Shown: one piece after another, positions 27,107 through 36,305 of the stretch
How positions within the stretch are numbered: the first letter of the stretch is position 1
How the letters are laid out: each line of letters opens with the position of its first letter
From: Candidatus Omnitrophota bacterium
GTDB taxonomy: Bacteria; Omnitrophota; Gorgyraeia; Gygaellales; Profunditerraquicolaceae
DNA: 52,695 nt
Direction: 5' to 3'
Assembly: GCA_041651115.1 (NCBI GenBank)
Contig: JBAZJY010000003.1
Coordinates: forward strand, 139,829 to 192,523
Position numbers and translations under genes: made by a program
The notes under the pieces: model-generated
Told to the model about the DNA's origin: nothing
What the model saw: only the letters and a program-made list of their open reading frames with translations
The model's database searches: none

Positions 27107-28168
27107 TCAGCTTGATCCCTCCTTATTCATTTCAATGCGTATCCGCGGTAAAGATTGTGGGAAACGCCGCTGCAAAAATTCCAGGAGCTTTTCCCTGACT
27201 TCACAGCGTAAATCCCAGAGAAGAGGAGAATCTGCCGCGCTCATCAACGCCCGCAGCTCGACTGTTTTTTCGCCGGCATTGGTAACTTGCAGGGAATTTA
27301 CTTTCTTATCCCAAAGCTTGCTTTTTTCAAGGATACGGGTTAGCTCTTCACGAACTTCTTTCACGGGTATGCCGTAATCCGCATAAATAAAAACTGTGCC
27401 CAGGATATCCGCGGAAGTCCGCGTCCAGTTCTGAAACGGCTTTTCCAGAAAATACGATATGGGCACAACCAGCCGCCTCAAATCCCAGATGCGCACAACC
27501 ACAAAATTAAGCGTGATCTCTTCTATCCATCCCCATTCATTTTCAATTACAACCACGTCGTCCAGCCGGATCGGTTGGGCAATGGCTATTTGGATGCCGG
27601 CGATAAAATTACCCAGGGTCTTTTGGGCAGCGAAGCCGATAATAATGCCAAAGACTCCGGCTGAAGCCAGGATGCTCACGCCTATATGTCTGACTTCCGG
27701 AAAAGTCATTAATATAAAAGCGGCGGTAAAAATGACTATAATTACAACTACGATATTCGTAATCACGCGCATTTGGGTATATATGCTGCGGGCGCGGATA
27801 TTATCCTTTGCCTTAATGTCATAACAACTCAAGATCGCGTCACGGACAATATAGACAACCTTTACGGCCATCCAGCCGAATAAAGCTATAAACAGGATAT
27901 TCAGGAAATGATCAATTAATAGATAATCCTTTTTCGGGTATTTCAGTAAAGGGGCAACCCCCCTGACACACAAAGCCGGTATTAAATAGCGCAAGGGGGC
28001 CTTGAGCAGCTGTAGGTTTACTTGTGACCATCTTGATAAAATAATCCGGGTCCAATATTTAAGCAGAAGCGCGATAAAAAGGTAAAGTATCCACCCTCCG
28101 ACAATGGCGGAAGCGATCAAGATAGCCGAAAATAAATATTCATTCATATTTGGATTCATCTCTGGCAA
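27107..28168 (-). CDS. Mechanosensitive ion channel (MscS family)
   Basis: 353 aa. Several TM helices, then [24 protein letters not shown] and a beta domain. The track start is TTG at 28168; the ATG at 28159 is an alternative. Confidence 0.85.
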   Translation of the reverse strand: MPEMNPNMNEYLFSAILIASAIVGGWILYLFIALLLKYWTRIILSRWSQVNLQLLKAPLRYLIPALCVRGVAPLLKYPKKDYLLIDHFLNILFIALFGWMAVKVVYIVRDAILSCYDIKAKDNIRARSIYTQMRVITNIVVVIIVIFTAAFILMTFPEVRHIGVSILASAGVFGIIIGFAAQKTLGNFIAGIQIAIAQPIRLDDVVVIENEWGWIEEITLNFVVVRIWDLRRLVVPISYFLEKPFQNWTRTSADILGTVFIYADYGIPVKEVREELTRILEKSKLWDKKVNSLQVTNAGEKTVELRALMSAADSPLLWDLRCEVREKLLEFLQRRFPQSLPRIRIEMNKEGSS

Positions 28169-28186
28169 TATCCTTTCTTGTTTTCT

Positions 28187-28215
28187 ATTATATGTAAAAA
28201 TCCGTTAGCAGACAA
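28187..28215 (-). promoter_or_regulatory. Candidate promoter of mscS
   Basis: Minus strand: TTGTCT (28210-28215), a 17-nt spacer, then a perfect TATAAT (28187-28192). Confidence 0.45.
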
Positions 28216-28221
28216 TCTCTT

Positions 28222-29247
28222 TTAACCTAAGCGGCCATGTTCTTCCGTGAACTTAATTACCTTATTCATCATATCCACACATTCTACGGGGTACAATCCA
28301 ACCGCGGTTTCCGCGGAAAGCATCACATAGGATGAGCCGTCCAATATGGCGTTAGCCACGTCTGAAACCTCCGCTCTCGTTGGCCTGCGGTTCTCCGTCA
28401 TACTTTCCAGCATTTGCGTGGCCGTGATCGCGAATTTTCCGGCAAGCTTGCATTTCCTGATTATTGCCTTTTGTATTACCGGGACCTCATATACGGGAAT
28501 AGATACTCCCATATCGCCCCTGGCAATCATGATCCCCTCGCAAGTTTTAATTATCTCACCTATATTCCTGATGCCTTCCCTGTTTTCTATTTTAGCAATA
28601 ATTATGGATTTATAACGGCGGCCCTTAAGATATTGCCGCAGCGCAAGGATATCCTGCTTATCTCTCACAAAAGACTGGGCTATATAATCAATCTTATTCT
28701 CTATGCAAAAATCAAGATCCGCCTTGTCTTTGGCGGTCAGCCCCATAAAACCCAGCCTGACATCCGGCATGTTAATACCCTTGCGTTCCTTAATGACGCC
28801 CGGAATGACCACCTTGGCCTTTAATTTATCTTTTTGGCAACCCATGACCATAAGAGCGATATTGCCGTCGTCAATATAAATATACCGGCCTTTTTTTATT
28901 TTATTTAACGGGCCTTTATAATCAAACGGGATGATGTCGCCTTCCCCGGGGATATCCTCCCTGGTCAACCAAACAGCCTGCCCCTTTTTTAACTTTACAG
29001 GCTGCCCCTGCTTAAGCCTGCCAACCCTGATGCGATAGCCTTCTAAATCCCCCAAAATCCTGATGTGCCGGTGATATTTTTTATTCAGCTCTCTTACCAG
29101 GCGTATTCTCTCAAGGTGCTCCCGAAGGCTCCCGTGGGAAAAATTTAATCTTACGACATCCATGCCCGCGCGCGCCATCTTCAGCAGAATGCCCGCCTTA
29201 CTTGACGCAGGACCCAGGGTGCAGATTATTTTAGTTTTCGCTCTCAT
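28222..29247 (-). CDS. pyk: Pyruvate kinase, short form lacking the C-terminal regulatory domain
   Basis: 341 aa. KTKIICTLGPAS, VVRLNFSHGS and ARGDMGV are present. The protein ends right after the A domain. Its start overlaps the upstream ATPase gene by 17 nt. Confidence 0.85.
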   Translation of the reverse strand: MRAKTKIICTLGPASSKAGILLKMARAGMDVVRLNFSHGSLREHLERIRLVRELNKKYHRHIRILGDLEGYRIRVGRLKQGQPVKLKKGQAVWLTREDIPGEGDIIPFDYKGPLNKIKKGRYIYIDDGNIALMVMGCQKDKLKAKVVIPGVIKERKGINMPDVRLGFMGLTAKDKADLDFCIENKIDYIAQSFVRDKQDILALRQYLKGRRYKSIIIAKIENREGIRNIGEIIKTCEGIMIARGDMGVSIPVYEVPVIQKAIIRKCKLAGKFAITATQMLESMTENRRPTRAEVSDVANAILDGSSYVMLSAETAVGLYPVECVDMMNKVIKFTEEHGRLG

Positions 29248-31636
29248 TATTTTCTTTTTTACTCAACAGGCCTGAATGTCTTTTTTGGAAGATGCGATAT
29301 GCAAGAATTTTCAGGCGGTCATTAAGCAAGAACCACAGGAATGCGTAACCCCACACAAAAAACGCCCATTGCCATCCTATCGGCGACATGAATAATCCGT
29401 AAACCGTTATCAGCGTGGCTGCTATTTGCGTGCCTACTACCGCGCAGAGCAATACCCAGGAAGGCCTGAGAGACCAGAATGGGCCGCGCGTCCTGGTTAC
29501 AAAGATGGTCATGTGCCCGGCCACGGAAAGCTTCAGATAAATCAACGATTGGATCATATCTCTGTTCAAATGAAAAACCCGCTCGCCCAAATAGAATAGA
29601 CCGAATGAAGCCACTACTCCGGCAACTCCTAAAACAGTAGCCAATCCAAGCACCACGGGCATATCCCAGGTTTCCGGCTTATTGGAATACCGAACGCGGT
29701 CATATGCTATGGAAATGATCGCGCCGTCATTCAGTATGGCCAATAACACGATCATTATCGCGGTAACAGGATAAAAATTAAATACCATAATGGACAACGT
29801 CATAAATAACAACACGCGTATGGTTTCGGCTATCCTATAGATGGCATAGCTATTCATACGCTGGAATATCTTACGGCTCTCTTTTATCGCGTCAATTATT
29901 ACCGAAAGCCCCGGGGCCAAGAGGACTATGGAAGAAGCGGCCCTGGCAGCGTCAGTCGCTCCTGACACAGCTATGCCTACGTCCGCCTTTTTTAACGCGG
30001 GAGCGTCATTGACTCCATCGCCGGTCATACCAACGATGTTATTCTTCTTTTGCAGTGTATCAACTATGTAATATTTATGCTCCGGAAAAACCTGGGCAAA
30101 CCCATCGGCTTTCCCTATGGCGTCTGCCAGTTGAGGAGCTTCATGATGCTTGGCGTCTCCGAACAAGCTCGCGTCCATTATATTGGCGCCAAGATTCAGG
30201 CGTCCGGCTATCTCTTTGGCGATAGCAACCTGATCGCCGGTAAGCATCTTAACGTTTATGCCCATATCCTCGGCTGTTTTAATAGTCTGCTTAGAATCCT
30301 CGCGCGGCGGATCAAACATCGGGATCAAGCCCAGGTATTGCCATTTGCCCTCCTCGTCTGCCCGCGCCACGCCTAAAGAACGAAAACCCCTGGAAGCAAA
30401 ATCCAATGCCGCCTTTTCCACGTATGGCCTGACTTTATCCGCGTTAACTGCCAAAGCCAGGATAGCCTGTGGAGCTCCTTTTGTAACCCAAAAAATACGG
30501 CTGTCAGGCCCTTTGACAGTAGCCTCGGTGCGCTTCTGAATAGGATCAAAAGGTTTAAAATGAATGATCCGGCAAGACTTCAAGCGCTCTTTGTCTTTAA
30601 CCCCTCCAAGCACGGTCAGATCTATCTGGTCCTGATCTTCTTCCCTTGACGCCAGGGCAGCGTCAAGAACTATGTCACCGGGGCTAACGCCTTCTATAGT
30701 AAAAGGCTCGCCCAGAGTCAGCTTATTCTGCGTTAATGTTCCCGTCTTGTCAGAACATAATATGTTTATACCCGCCAGTTCTTCGATGCTTGCCAATTTG
30801 GTGACTATCGCCTGTTTTAATGCCAATATCCTGGCTCCCACTGCCATCGTAACGGATAAAACCGTAGGCATGGCTACGGGAATAGCAGCGACTGTTAATA
30901 TCAACGCGAATTGAAGTATTTCAAGCATGTGCTCGCCCCGGAACAAGGCAACTGCCAGGATAAGAGCCACTAGCGCCAACGCCATGATAATAAGATAATC
31001 GCCGATCTTTAATACGGCCTTTTGGAAATGACTGACCGTGTGCGCTTCCTCCACAAGCTGCGCTGTCTTGCCAAAGTATGTTTTCGCGCCGGTGGCGCTA
31101 ACATAAGCTTCAATTTCACCGCGCCTGACAATAGATCCCGAATAAACGGTCTCCCCGGATTTTCTTTCTACGGGGAGAGACTCCCCGGTCAGCGCGGATT
31201 GGTCAACTTCAATACTATCACCCGTAGATAATACCGCGTCTGCGGGAATGATCTCGCCTATGCGCAAACGGATAAAATCGCCGGGAACCAGCTCCCTAGC
31301 AGCTATCATCTTCCACACGCCGTCTCTCATTACCCTTGCTTTTATCGCCAGCTTTGCCTTCAGGGCATCTATCGTATTGCCTGCCTGGAATTCTTCCCAG
31401 AATCCCACAACGGCATTTATCAGCAAAAGAGCGGCTATGATATAAAAATCAGCCCAGTGGCGCAGTAATGCCGAAAGAATAACGGCAGCCTCGATCATCC
31501 AGGGTATCGGTCCCCAGAAATACGATAAGAACTTCAGCATTGGATTGACTTTTTTTTCGGCCAGCTCGTTATAACCGTATTGATTGATGCGGTTTTGCGC
31601 TTCTTGTTGGCTGAGACCGAGCGGTTTTTCTTGCAT
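29231..31636 (-). CDS. P3A-type (plasma-membrane-type) proton-efflux P-type ATPase
   Basis: 801 aa. Motifs LTGESLPV, CSDKTGTLTQNKLT, AAIPVAMPTVLSVTMAVGA, MLTGDQVAIAKE, GDGVNDAPALKKADVGIAV and TM6 AILNDG. Confidence 0.85.
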   Translation of the reverse strand: MQEKPLGLSQQEAQNRINQYGYNELAEKKVNPMLKFLSYFWGPIPWMIEAAVILSALLRHWADFYIIAALLLINAVVGFWEEFQAGNTIDALKAKLAIKARVMRDGVWKMIAARELVPGDFIRLRIGEIIPADAVLSTGDSIEVDQSALTGESLPVERKSGETVYSGSIVRRGEIEAYVSATGAKTYFGKTAQLVEEAHTVSHFQKAVLKIGDYLIIMALALVALILAVALFRGEHMLEILQFALILTVAAIPVAMPTVLSVTMAVGARILALKQAIVTKLASIEELAGINILCSDKTGTLTQNKLTLGEPFTIEGVSPGDIVLDAALASREEDQDQIDLTVLGGVKDKERLKSCRIIHFKPFDPIQKRTEATVKGPDSRIFWVTKGAPQAILALAVNADKVRPYVEKAALDFASRGFRSLGVARADEEGKWQYLGLIPMFDPPREDSKQTIKTAEDMGINVKMLTGDQVAIAKEIAGRLNLGANIMDASLFGDAKHHEAPQLADAIGKADGFAQVFPEHKYYIVDTLQKKNNIVGMTGDGVNDAPALKKADVGIAVSGATDAARAASSIVLLAPGLSVIIDAIKESRKIFQRMNSYAIYRIAETIRVLLFMTLSIMVFNFYPVTAIMIVLLAILNDGAIISIAYDRVRYSNKPETWDMPVVLGLATVLGVAGVVASFGLFYLGERVFHLNRDMIQSLIYLKLSVAGHMTIFVTRTRGPFWSLRPSWVLLCAVVGTQIAATLITVYGLFMSPIGWQWAFFVWGYAFLWFLLNDRLKILAYRIFQKRHSGLLSKKENNESEN

Positions 31637-31656
31637 CGTGCGCCGTCCTCTAATAA

Positions 31657-32607
31657 TTACTGCAAAGACTGCAGGTATTTGTAATAATCGCTGTCGGTCG
31701 TCAAGATCACCGTAGATTTCTCGTCAATGGTATCTTTATAAGTTTCCAGCGTCTTCATAAAAGAATAAAAATCAGGATTCTGGCTGTATGCGGCGGCGTA
31801 TATGCTGATTGCCTCGGCGTCGGCCTTACCTGTGAGGACCTGTGCCTCGCGGTAGGCTTCCGAAGTAATAGCTTTTAATTCTTTGGCCACCTGCCCTTCT
31901 ATCTCGGCGGATTTACCTTGGCCTTCGGAACGATATTTTTCTGCGGCGCGTTTTCTTTCGGCAATCATCCGGTCATAAACTTTATTACGCACGTCTTCCA
32001 CATAATTTACTCGCTTGATCCGTACATCAACGATCTCGATGCCGTACTGGGGAGCGAGTATCCCCGCCTTCTCCAGAATTGCCCCTTCGAGCATCTTTCT
32101 TCCCACATCAATACGTTCCAACGCCTCATCCGTGACAATCACATCTTCGCCTACCCCTTTGGACTCAAGAATGCGATTGGAATCCCGCACTGCCTCAACC
32201 AAAAGGTGACTGGTAACGACATCCCTTGTCGCGGAATTTATGATATCATCCAACCTGCCTTGGGCGCTCATTTCGTTGCCTACCGACTGCAAGAACTTTA
32301 GGGCATCAATGATCTTCCAACGGGCTATAGTATCCACCCAGATATATTTCTTATCTTTAGTGGGTATCTGGTTCGGATCTCCGTCCCAGTCCAAAAGCCT
32401 CTTCTCAAAATAGTGGGCTTCCTGAATCAGCGGCTGCTTGAAATGCAGGCCGGCTGACGTGATCGGATCGCCCACGGGCTTTCCGAATTGTGTAATAACC
32501 ACCTGTTGCCCTTCATTAATTATATATATCGCACCGATGGCAAAGGAGACAATTACAATAGCGAATGATGCGATAAGAATCGTGATAATTGAACGCAGCC
32601 TTTCCAT
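31657..32607 (-). CDS. hflC: Protease modulator HflC (SPFH/band-7)
   Basis: 316 aa with an N-terminal TM helix and an SPFH domain. Shares 1 nt (32607) with hflK. Confidence 0.8.
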   Translation of the reverse strand: MERLRSIITILIASFAIVIVSFAIGAIYIINEGQQVVITQFGKPVGDPITSAGLHFKQPLIQEAHYFEKRLLDWDGDPNQIPTKDKKYIWVDTIARWKIIDALKFLQSVGNEMSAQGRLDDIINSATRDVVTSHLLVEAVRDSNRILESKGVGEDVIVTDEALERIDVGRKMLEGAILEKAGILAPQYGIEIVDVRIKRVNYVEDVRNKVYDRMIAERKRAAEKYRSEGQGKSAEIEGQVAKELKAITSEAYREAQVLTGKADAEAISIYAAAYSQNPDFYSFMKTLETYKDTIDEKSTVILTTDSDYYKYLQSLQ

Positions 32608-33605
32608 TATTGCTGCCCTCCTTTTTTGTTAATATCCAAAAGCGGCAGAATTGATTTCTGCTGCGAGTCGATTATATATTTTTCTTTCGCATGAGGAAGC
32701 ACCTGTGCCAAAGTTTCTAAATACAGCCTCTTTTTGGTTATCTCCGGAGCTTTTTTATACTCCTCTAAAGTAGCGAGAAACCTCGCTGATTCGCCTTTCG
32801 CACGGTTTATCTTATCCGTAGCATATCCTTCTGCCTCGCGGATCGTCTTTTCTGCCGTACCCTTAGCCTTAGGAATGACTTTATTATATGCCTCCCAGGC
32901 CTGATTAATCATCTTCTCTTTTTCCTGCTTGGCCTCGTTTACTTCATTAAATGCCGGCTTTACCGTCTCAGGAGGATTAACATCTAACAGCTTTACCGTA
33001 ACTATATGTACTCCGACATTATAGATGTCGAGTATGCGCTGTATTTCCTGCTGCGCCAGATCATCTATCTCTTCTCTTTTGGTAGTAAGGACTTCGTCAA
33101 CCGAATAATCCCCGACAAAACGCCGCATTACTACTTCAGAAATGTCATGTATGTTGTCTTCGGGGCGGCGCGTAGCGAAAAGAAGCTTTACCGGATCCTT
33201 TATTTTAAACTGCACTATCCAGCGCACATCCAGGATGTTCAGGTCTCCGGTAAGCATTAGAGACTGATCGCGATAATTACCCGAAGAGTATCTTGTTTTT
33301 ACTCCCGCCTCTGCGGTCTTAAACCCGTACTCCTCTTTAAAAACCTTCTCTACCTTAATCGGCGTAACCTTATCTATCCCAAAAGGTATTTTTGCATGCA
33401 GGCCGGGCGAACTCAAGGACATGAATTTACCGAACCTCTGGATCACGCCTACTTCATCCGGGCCGATCGAGTAAATTAAACCCCGCAAACCGACCAAGAG
33501 AAATAAAATAATGGCCGCGGCAGGCAACCATTTCATGTAATCCGCGAATTTCTTCCTGCCTATATCAATTATTTCATCCGGGCTGGGCACATTATGTATT
33601 TCCAT
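32607..33605 (-). CDS. hflK: Protease modulator HflK (SPFH/band-7)
   Basis: TM helix plus SPFH domain. I prefer the ATG at 33605 because GAAAGGAGAAGG lies 5 nt upstream of it. The track start at 33647 has no SD and lies inside a hairpin arm. Confidence 0.8.
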   Translation of the reverse strand: MEIHNVPSPDEIIDIGRKKFADYMKWLPAAAIILFLLVGLRGLIYSIGPDEVGVIQRFGKFMSLSSPGLHAKIPFGIDKVTPIKVEKVFKEEYGFKTAEAGVKTRYSSGNYRDQSLMLTGDLNILDVRWIVQFKIKDPVKLLFATRRPEDNIHDISEVVMRRFVGDYSVDEVLTTKREEIDDLAQQEIQRILDIYNVGVHIVTVKLLDVNPPETVKPAFNEVNEAKQEKEKMINQAWEAYNKVIPKAKGTAEKTIREAEGYATDKINRAKGESARFLATLEEYKKAPEITKKRLYLETLAQVLPHAKEKYIIDSQQKSILPLLDINKKGGQQ

Positions 33606-33632
33606 AATCGCCTTCTCCTTTCTGGCTGTCTT

Positions 33633-33670
33633 AAAAAAATCCGCCATCCTGTATTTCTACAAGATGGCGG
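33633..33670 (-). terminator. Terminator-like hairpin plus U-run in the hflK leader
   Basis: Minus strand: CCGCCATC, a 14-nt loop, GATGGCGG (perfect 8 bp; arms at 33663-33670 and 33641-33648), then ATTTTTTT. Confidence 0.55.
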
Positions 33671-33735
33671 CCCGACCATCCAAACCTTCAGAGATTTTTT
33701 AGTTCCCTGAACCCCTGATTACTATCTTGACTTCA

Positions 33736-33765
33736 GTTATACACCCTGTTTTATAATCTTGTCAA
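33736..33765 (-). promoter_or_regulatory. Sigma70-type promoter upstream of hflKC
   Basis: Minus strand: TTGACA (33760-33765), an 18-nt spacer, then TATAAC (33736-33741). Confidence 0.55.
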
Positions 33766-33779
33766 GGGTTTTGCATTCA

Positions 33780-34196
33780 CTACTCACCAATAATTTTTAC
33801 CAAGACTCGCTTTTTACGCTGACCGTCAAACTCACCGTAAAATATCTGTTCCCAGGGCCCAAAATCAAGCTCGCCTTTAGTAATTGCCGCCACAACTTCC
33901 CTGCCCATGATCGTCCTTTTTAAATGCGCGTCCCCGTTATCTTCGCCGGTCAGGTTATGTTGATACTTATCTTTACCGAATGGAGCGAGCTTTTCCAGCC
34001 AGATACCGAAATCTTTATGTAACCCCGATTCGTCATCGTTAATAAAAACTGAAGCTGTAATATGCATGGCATTAACCAGGCAAAGCCCTTCTTTGATCCC
34101 GCTTTTCCTGACCGCTTCTTCAACCTGCGGGGTGATATTGATAAAATCCTGCTTGTTGTTTGTATTAAACCATAAATATTCTGTATGCGCTTTCAT
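33780..34196 (-). CDS. yjbQ: YjbQ/UPF0047 family protein (secondary thiamine-phosphate synthase)
   Basis: 138 aa. Contains [38 protein letters not shown] and GEFDG. Confidence 0.8.
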   Translation of the reverse strand: MKAHTEYLWFNTNNKQDFINITPQVEEAVRKSGIKEGLCLVNAMHITASVFINDDESGLHKDFGIWLEKLAPFGKDKYQHNLTGEDNGDAHLKRTIMGREVVAAITKGELDFGPWEQIFYGEFDGQRKKRVLVKIIGE

Positions 34197-34207
34197 CAGA
34201 ACTTCTC

Positions 34208-34840
34208 CTATTGGTTACGGCTTTCAGGTATCAGCGATAGGTCCTGGGCGATTTCAGCGCTTAATGAACCGACAGCCGCACTTAACGCGTCCGCTAAACC
34301 GGAATAATCCGGCGGATCAATCGGCTGGGCCAGGCTTGACCTTTTTGTAAAAAGCATCTTTCTGGTATTTGTATCGATGACCGACCATTGCGCTGTAAAC
34401 AAAAGGCCCTTCTTAAGATTGCCCGCTAATTGCATGATCTCTATTATTACTTGATAATTCACGGGGATAGCAAAATTACAGGGGAACATCTCAAATGTCC
34501 CGCCCGGCATCATCAGGTTAAGGTCTTCAATGATCAGCCGCGCTATTCCCGCGTCAAGAGGCTCGCCCCAACGGTCAAACTGCGCAATATGCATCATTAA
34601 TTTATCGTCCTCGGTAACCATCTGCGGGCGGTCCAGGTATTGAGGGATCTCTACGGGGCCGATCACGACAATCGTGCCGGAAGGAATGTTAAACTTCCGC
34701 GCAGCCTGATCTGCCTTCAGCTGTTTAAGTATGTAAAAACGCGATTTAGGGCTGCTGCCGGCTGAAACACATCCGCCTAAAACAAAAACGAGCAGTCCCC
34801 CGACAACTACGCTATGATAAAAAAAGCCGCATCTTCTCAT
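34208..34840 (-). CDS. PqiC/YmbA-like ABC-transport auxiliary lipoprotein (DUF330-like)
   Basis: 210 aa with lipobox [12 protein letters not shown]-type overlap with the upstream MlaD-like gene. Confidence 0.6.
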   Translation of the reverse strand: MRRCGFFYHSVVVGGLLVFVLGGCVSAGSSPKSRFYILKQLKADQAARKFNIPSGTIVVIGPVEIPQYLDRPQMVTEDDKLMMHIAQFDRWGEPLDAGIARLIIEDLNLMMPGGTFEMFPCNFAIPVNYQVIIEIMQLAGNLKKGLLFTAQWSVIDTNTRKMLFTKRSSLAQPIDPPDYSGLADALSAAVGSLSAEIAQDLSLIPESRNQ

Positions 34841-35544
34841 TTTCCTTCTCCTTCGGATATTGCTTTCCCTTTTAAGAATGCTTCCGGATGCTGCTCAAGG
34901 TATTCTACCAGCAGCCGTATTGAACGCGCGGCCCGGGATACCTCCTGCAGCGTCTTCGGCAGCTCGGAAAAACCCTCTGAATTTACCAGCCTGTTGATAG
35001 CGCTTACCGTTTCTCCCAGATCATCCGTGATTTCCTTGATCGGGATTTCGTCCATTATATCAAAAATGTCCTTTGAGATCGGCAGGGCAGGCAATTCAGG
35101 ATAAGTCTTGATGATGCCATATGTCTTGGCCGGCTTATCCGGATAAAAATCAAGCGCTAACATCAACTGACCGGTAATAAAATTCTGTATCTCAAGCTTT
35201 GCGCGCAATCCCTCTTCGATCAATTTTTTGTAGTCGGGATAACCGAACCTGTCAGGCATTCCTTTGACCCGTGATAATTCCACGTCAATGACTACGGGTA
35301 TCAATACGTTTTTTTCCTTTGCATTATACACGAGCCCGATGCTGTCAACGTTACCCACCTTCACTCCCCGGAAAATTACCGGCGCCCCTTCCGAAAACCC
35401 TTTTACCGAGCCGTCAAAGAATAAAACGTACTTATCCGATTGTTTAAAAAGCGACCCGGACCCAAAAATTATTACGGCGGCGATCAATAAGGCAACCGCT
35501 CCGACTACAAACGCACCGATAAGTGTCTTATTGGCTTTTCTCAT
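34837..35544 (-). CDS. MlaD/MCE-domain protein
   Basis: 235 aa. N-terminal TM helix, then the MCE core FFDGSVKGFSEGAPVIFRGVKVGNVDSI. Confidence 0.8.
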   Translation of the reverse strand: MRKANKTLIGAFVVGAVALLIAAVIIFGSGSLFKQSDKYVLFFDGSVKGFSEGAPVIFRGVKVGNVDSIGLVYNAKEKNVLIPVVIDVELSRVKGMPDRFGYPDYKKLIEEGLRAKLEIQNFITGQLMLALDFYPDKPAKTYGIIKTYPELPALPISKDIFDIMDEIPIKEITDDLGETVSAINRLVNSEGFSELPKTLQEVSRAARSIRLLVEYLEQHPEAFLKGKAISEGEGK

Positions 35545-36302
35545 TGTCCGGCTCCTTGTTTTTCTCCCCGCGTCAGGAATCTGATTACCCTTGGGTCTTT
35601 AGAATCGGCTAATAATTTTTTAGGCGGACCTTGCGCGATCACAGTCTTAGTATCGGCATCCAAAAGTATGGCATTATCCCCCACGGCAAAGATACTGGCA
35701 AGCTCATGCGTCACCACTACGATCGTCGCGCCTAAATTATCCCTTAGCTCAAGGATAAGGTCGTCCAGCATCTTAGCGCTTAAAGGGTCGAGCCCTGCCG
35801 AAGGTTCGTCAAAAAAGATAATATCCGGATCCAGGGCGATTGCCCGCGCCAGGCCTGCCCTTTTTCGCATGCCTCCGCTTAATTCCACAGGATAAAAATC
35901 GGCGTAACCGCCCAAACCTACCAACCCAAGCTTAAGTAAGGCCACGTCCTGGATCTGCGTGCCGGATAACCGCGAATATAACTGCAGCGGCAGCGCCACA
36001 TTTTCATTTAACGTCAGCGAACTCCAAAGCGCGCCGCCCTGATAAAGCACTCCGAAACGGCGCATGATATTTTGCCTGTCCTGCTCATCCGCGTCCCAAA
36101 AGCTGACCCCGTCGTAGAGGACTTTTCCTTTTTGCGGCGGGTTAAGCCCGATCATGGCCTTAAGCAGGGTGCTTTTACCGCATCCGCTGCCTCCCATAAC
36201 AATAAAAACCTCGCCTTTTTTCACGCTGAAATCGATCCCGCGCATTACCACAAGATCGCCATAAGCCAAATCAAGGTTTTTTACTTCAATAACGGATTCC
36301 AT
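35541..36302 (-). CDS. MlaF-like ABC transporter ATP-binding protein
   Basis: 253 aa. Walker A GGSGCGKST, signature LSGGMRKRAGLARA, Walker B IIFFDEPSAGLD. Confidence 0.9.
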   Translation of the reverse strand: MESVIEVKNLDLAYGDLVVMRGIDFSVKKGEVFIVMGGSGCGKSTLLKAMIGLNPPQKGKVLYDGVSFWDADEQDRQNIMRRFGVLYQGGALWSSLTLNENVALPLQLYSRLSGTQIQDVALLKLGLVGLGGYADFYPVELSGGMRKRAGLARAIALDPDIIFFDEPSAGLDPLSAKMLDDLILELRDNLGATIVVVTHELASIFAVGDNAILLDADTKTVIAQGPPKKLLADSKDPRVIRFLTRGEKQGAGQ

Positions 36303-36305
36303 ATA

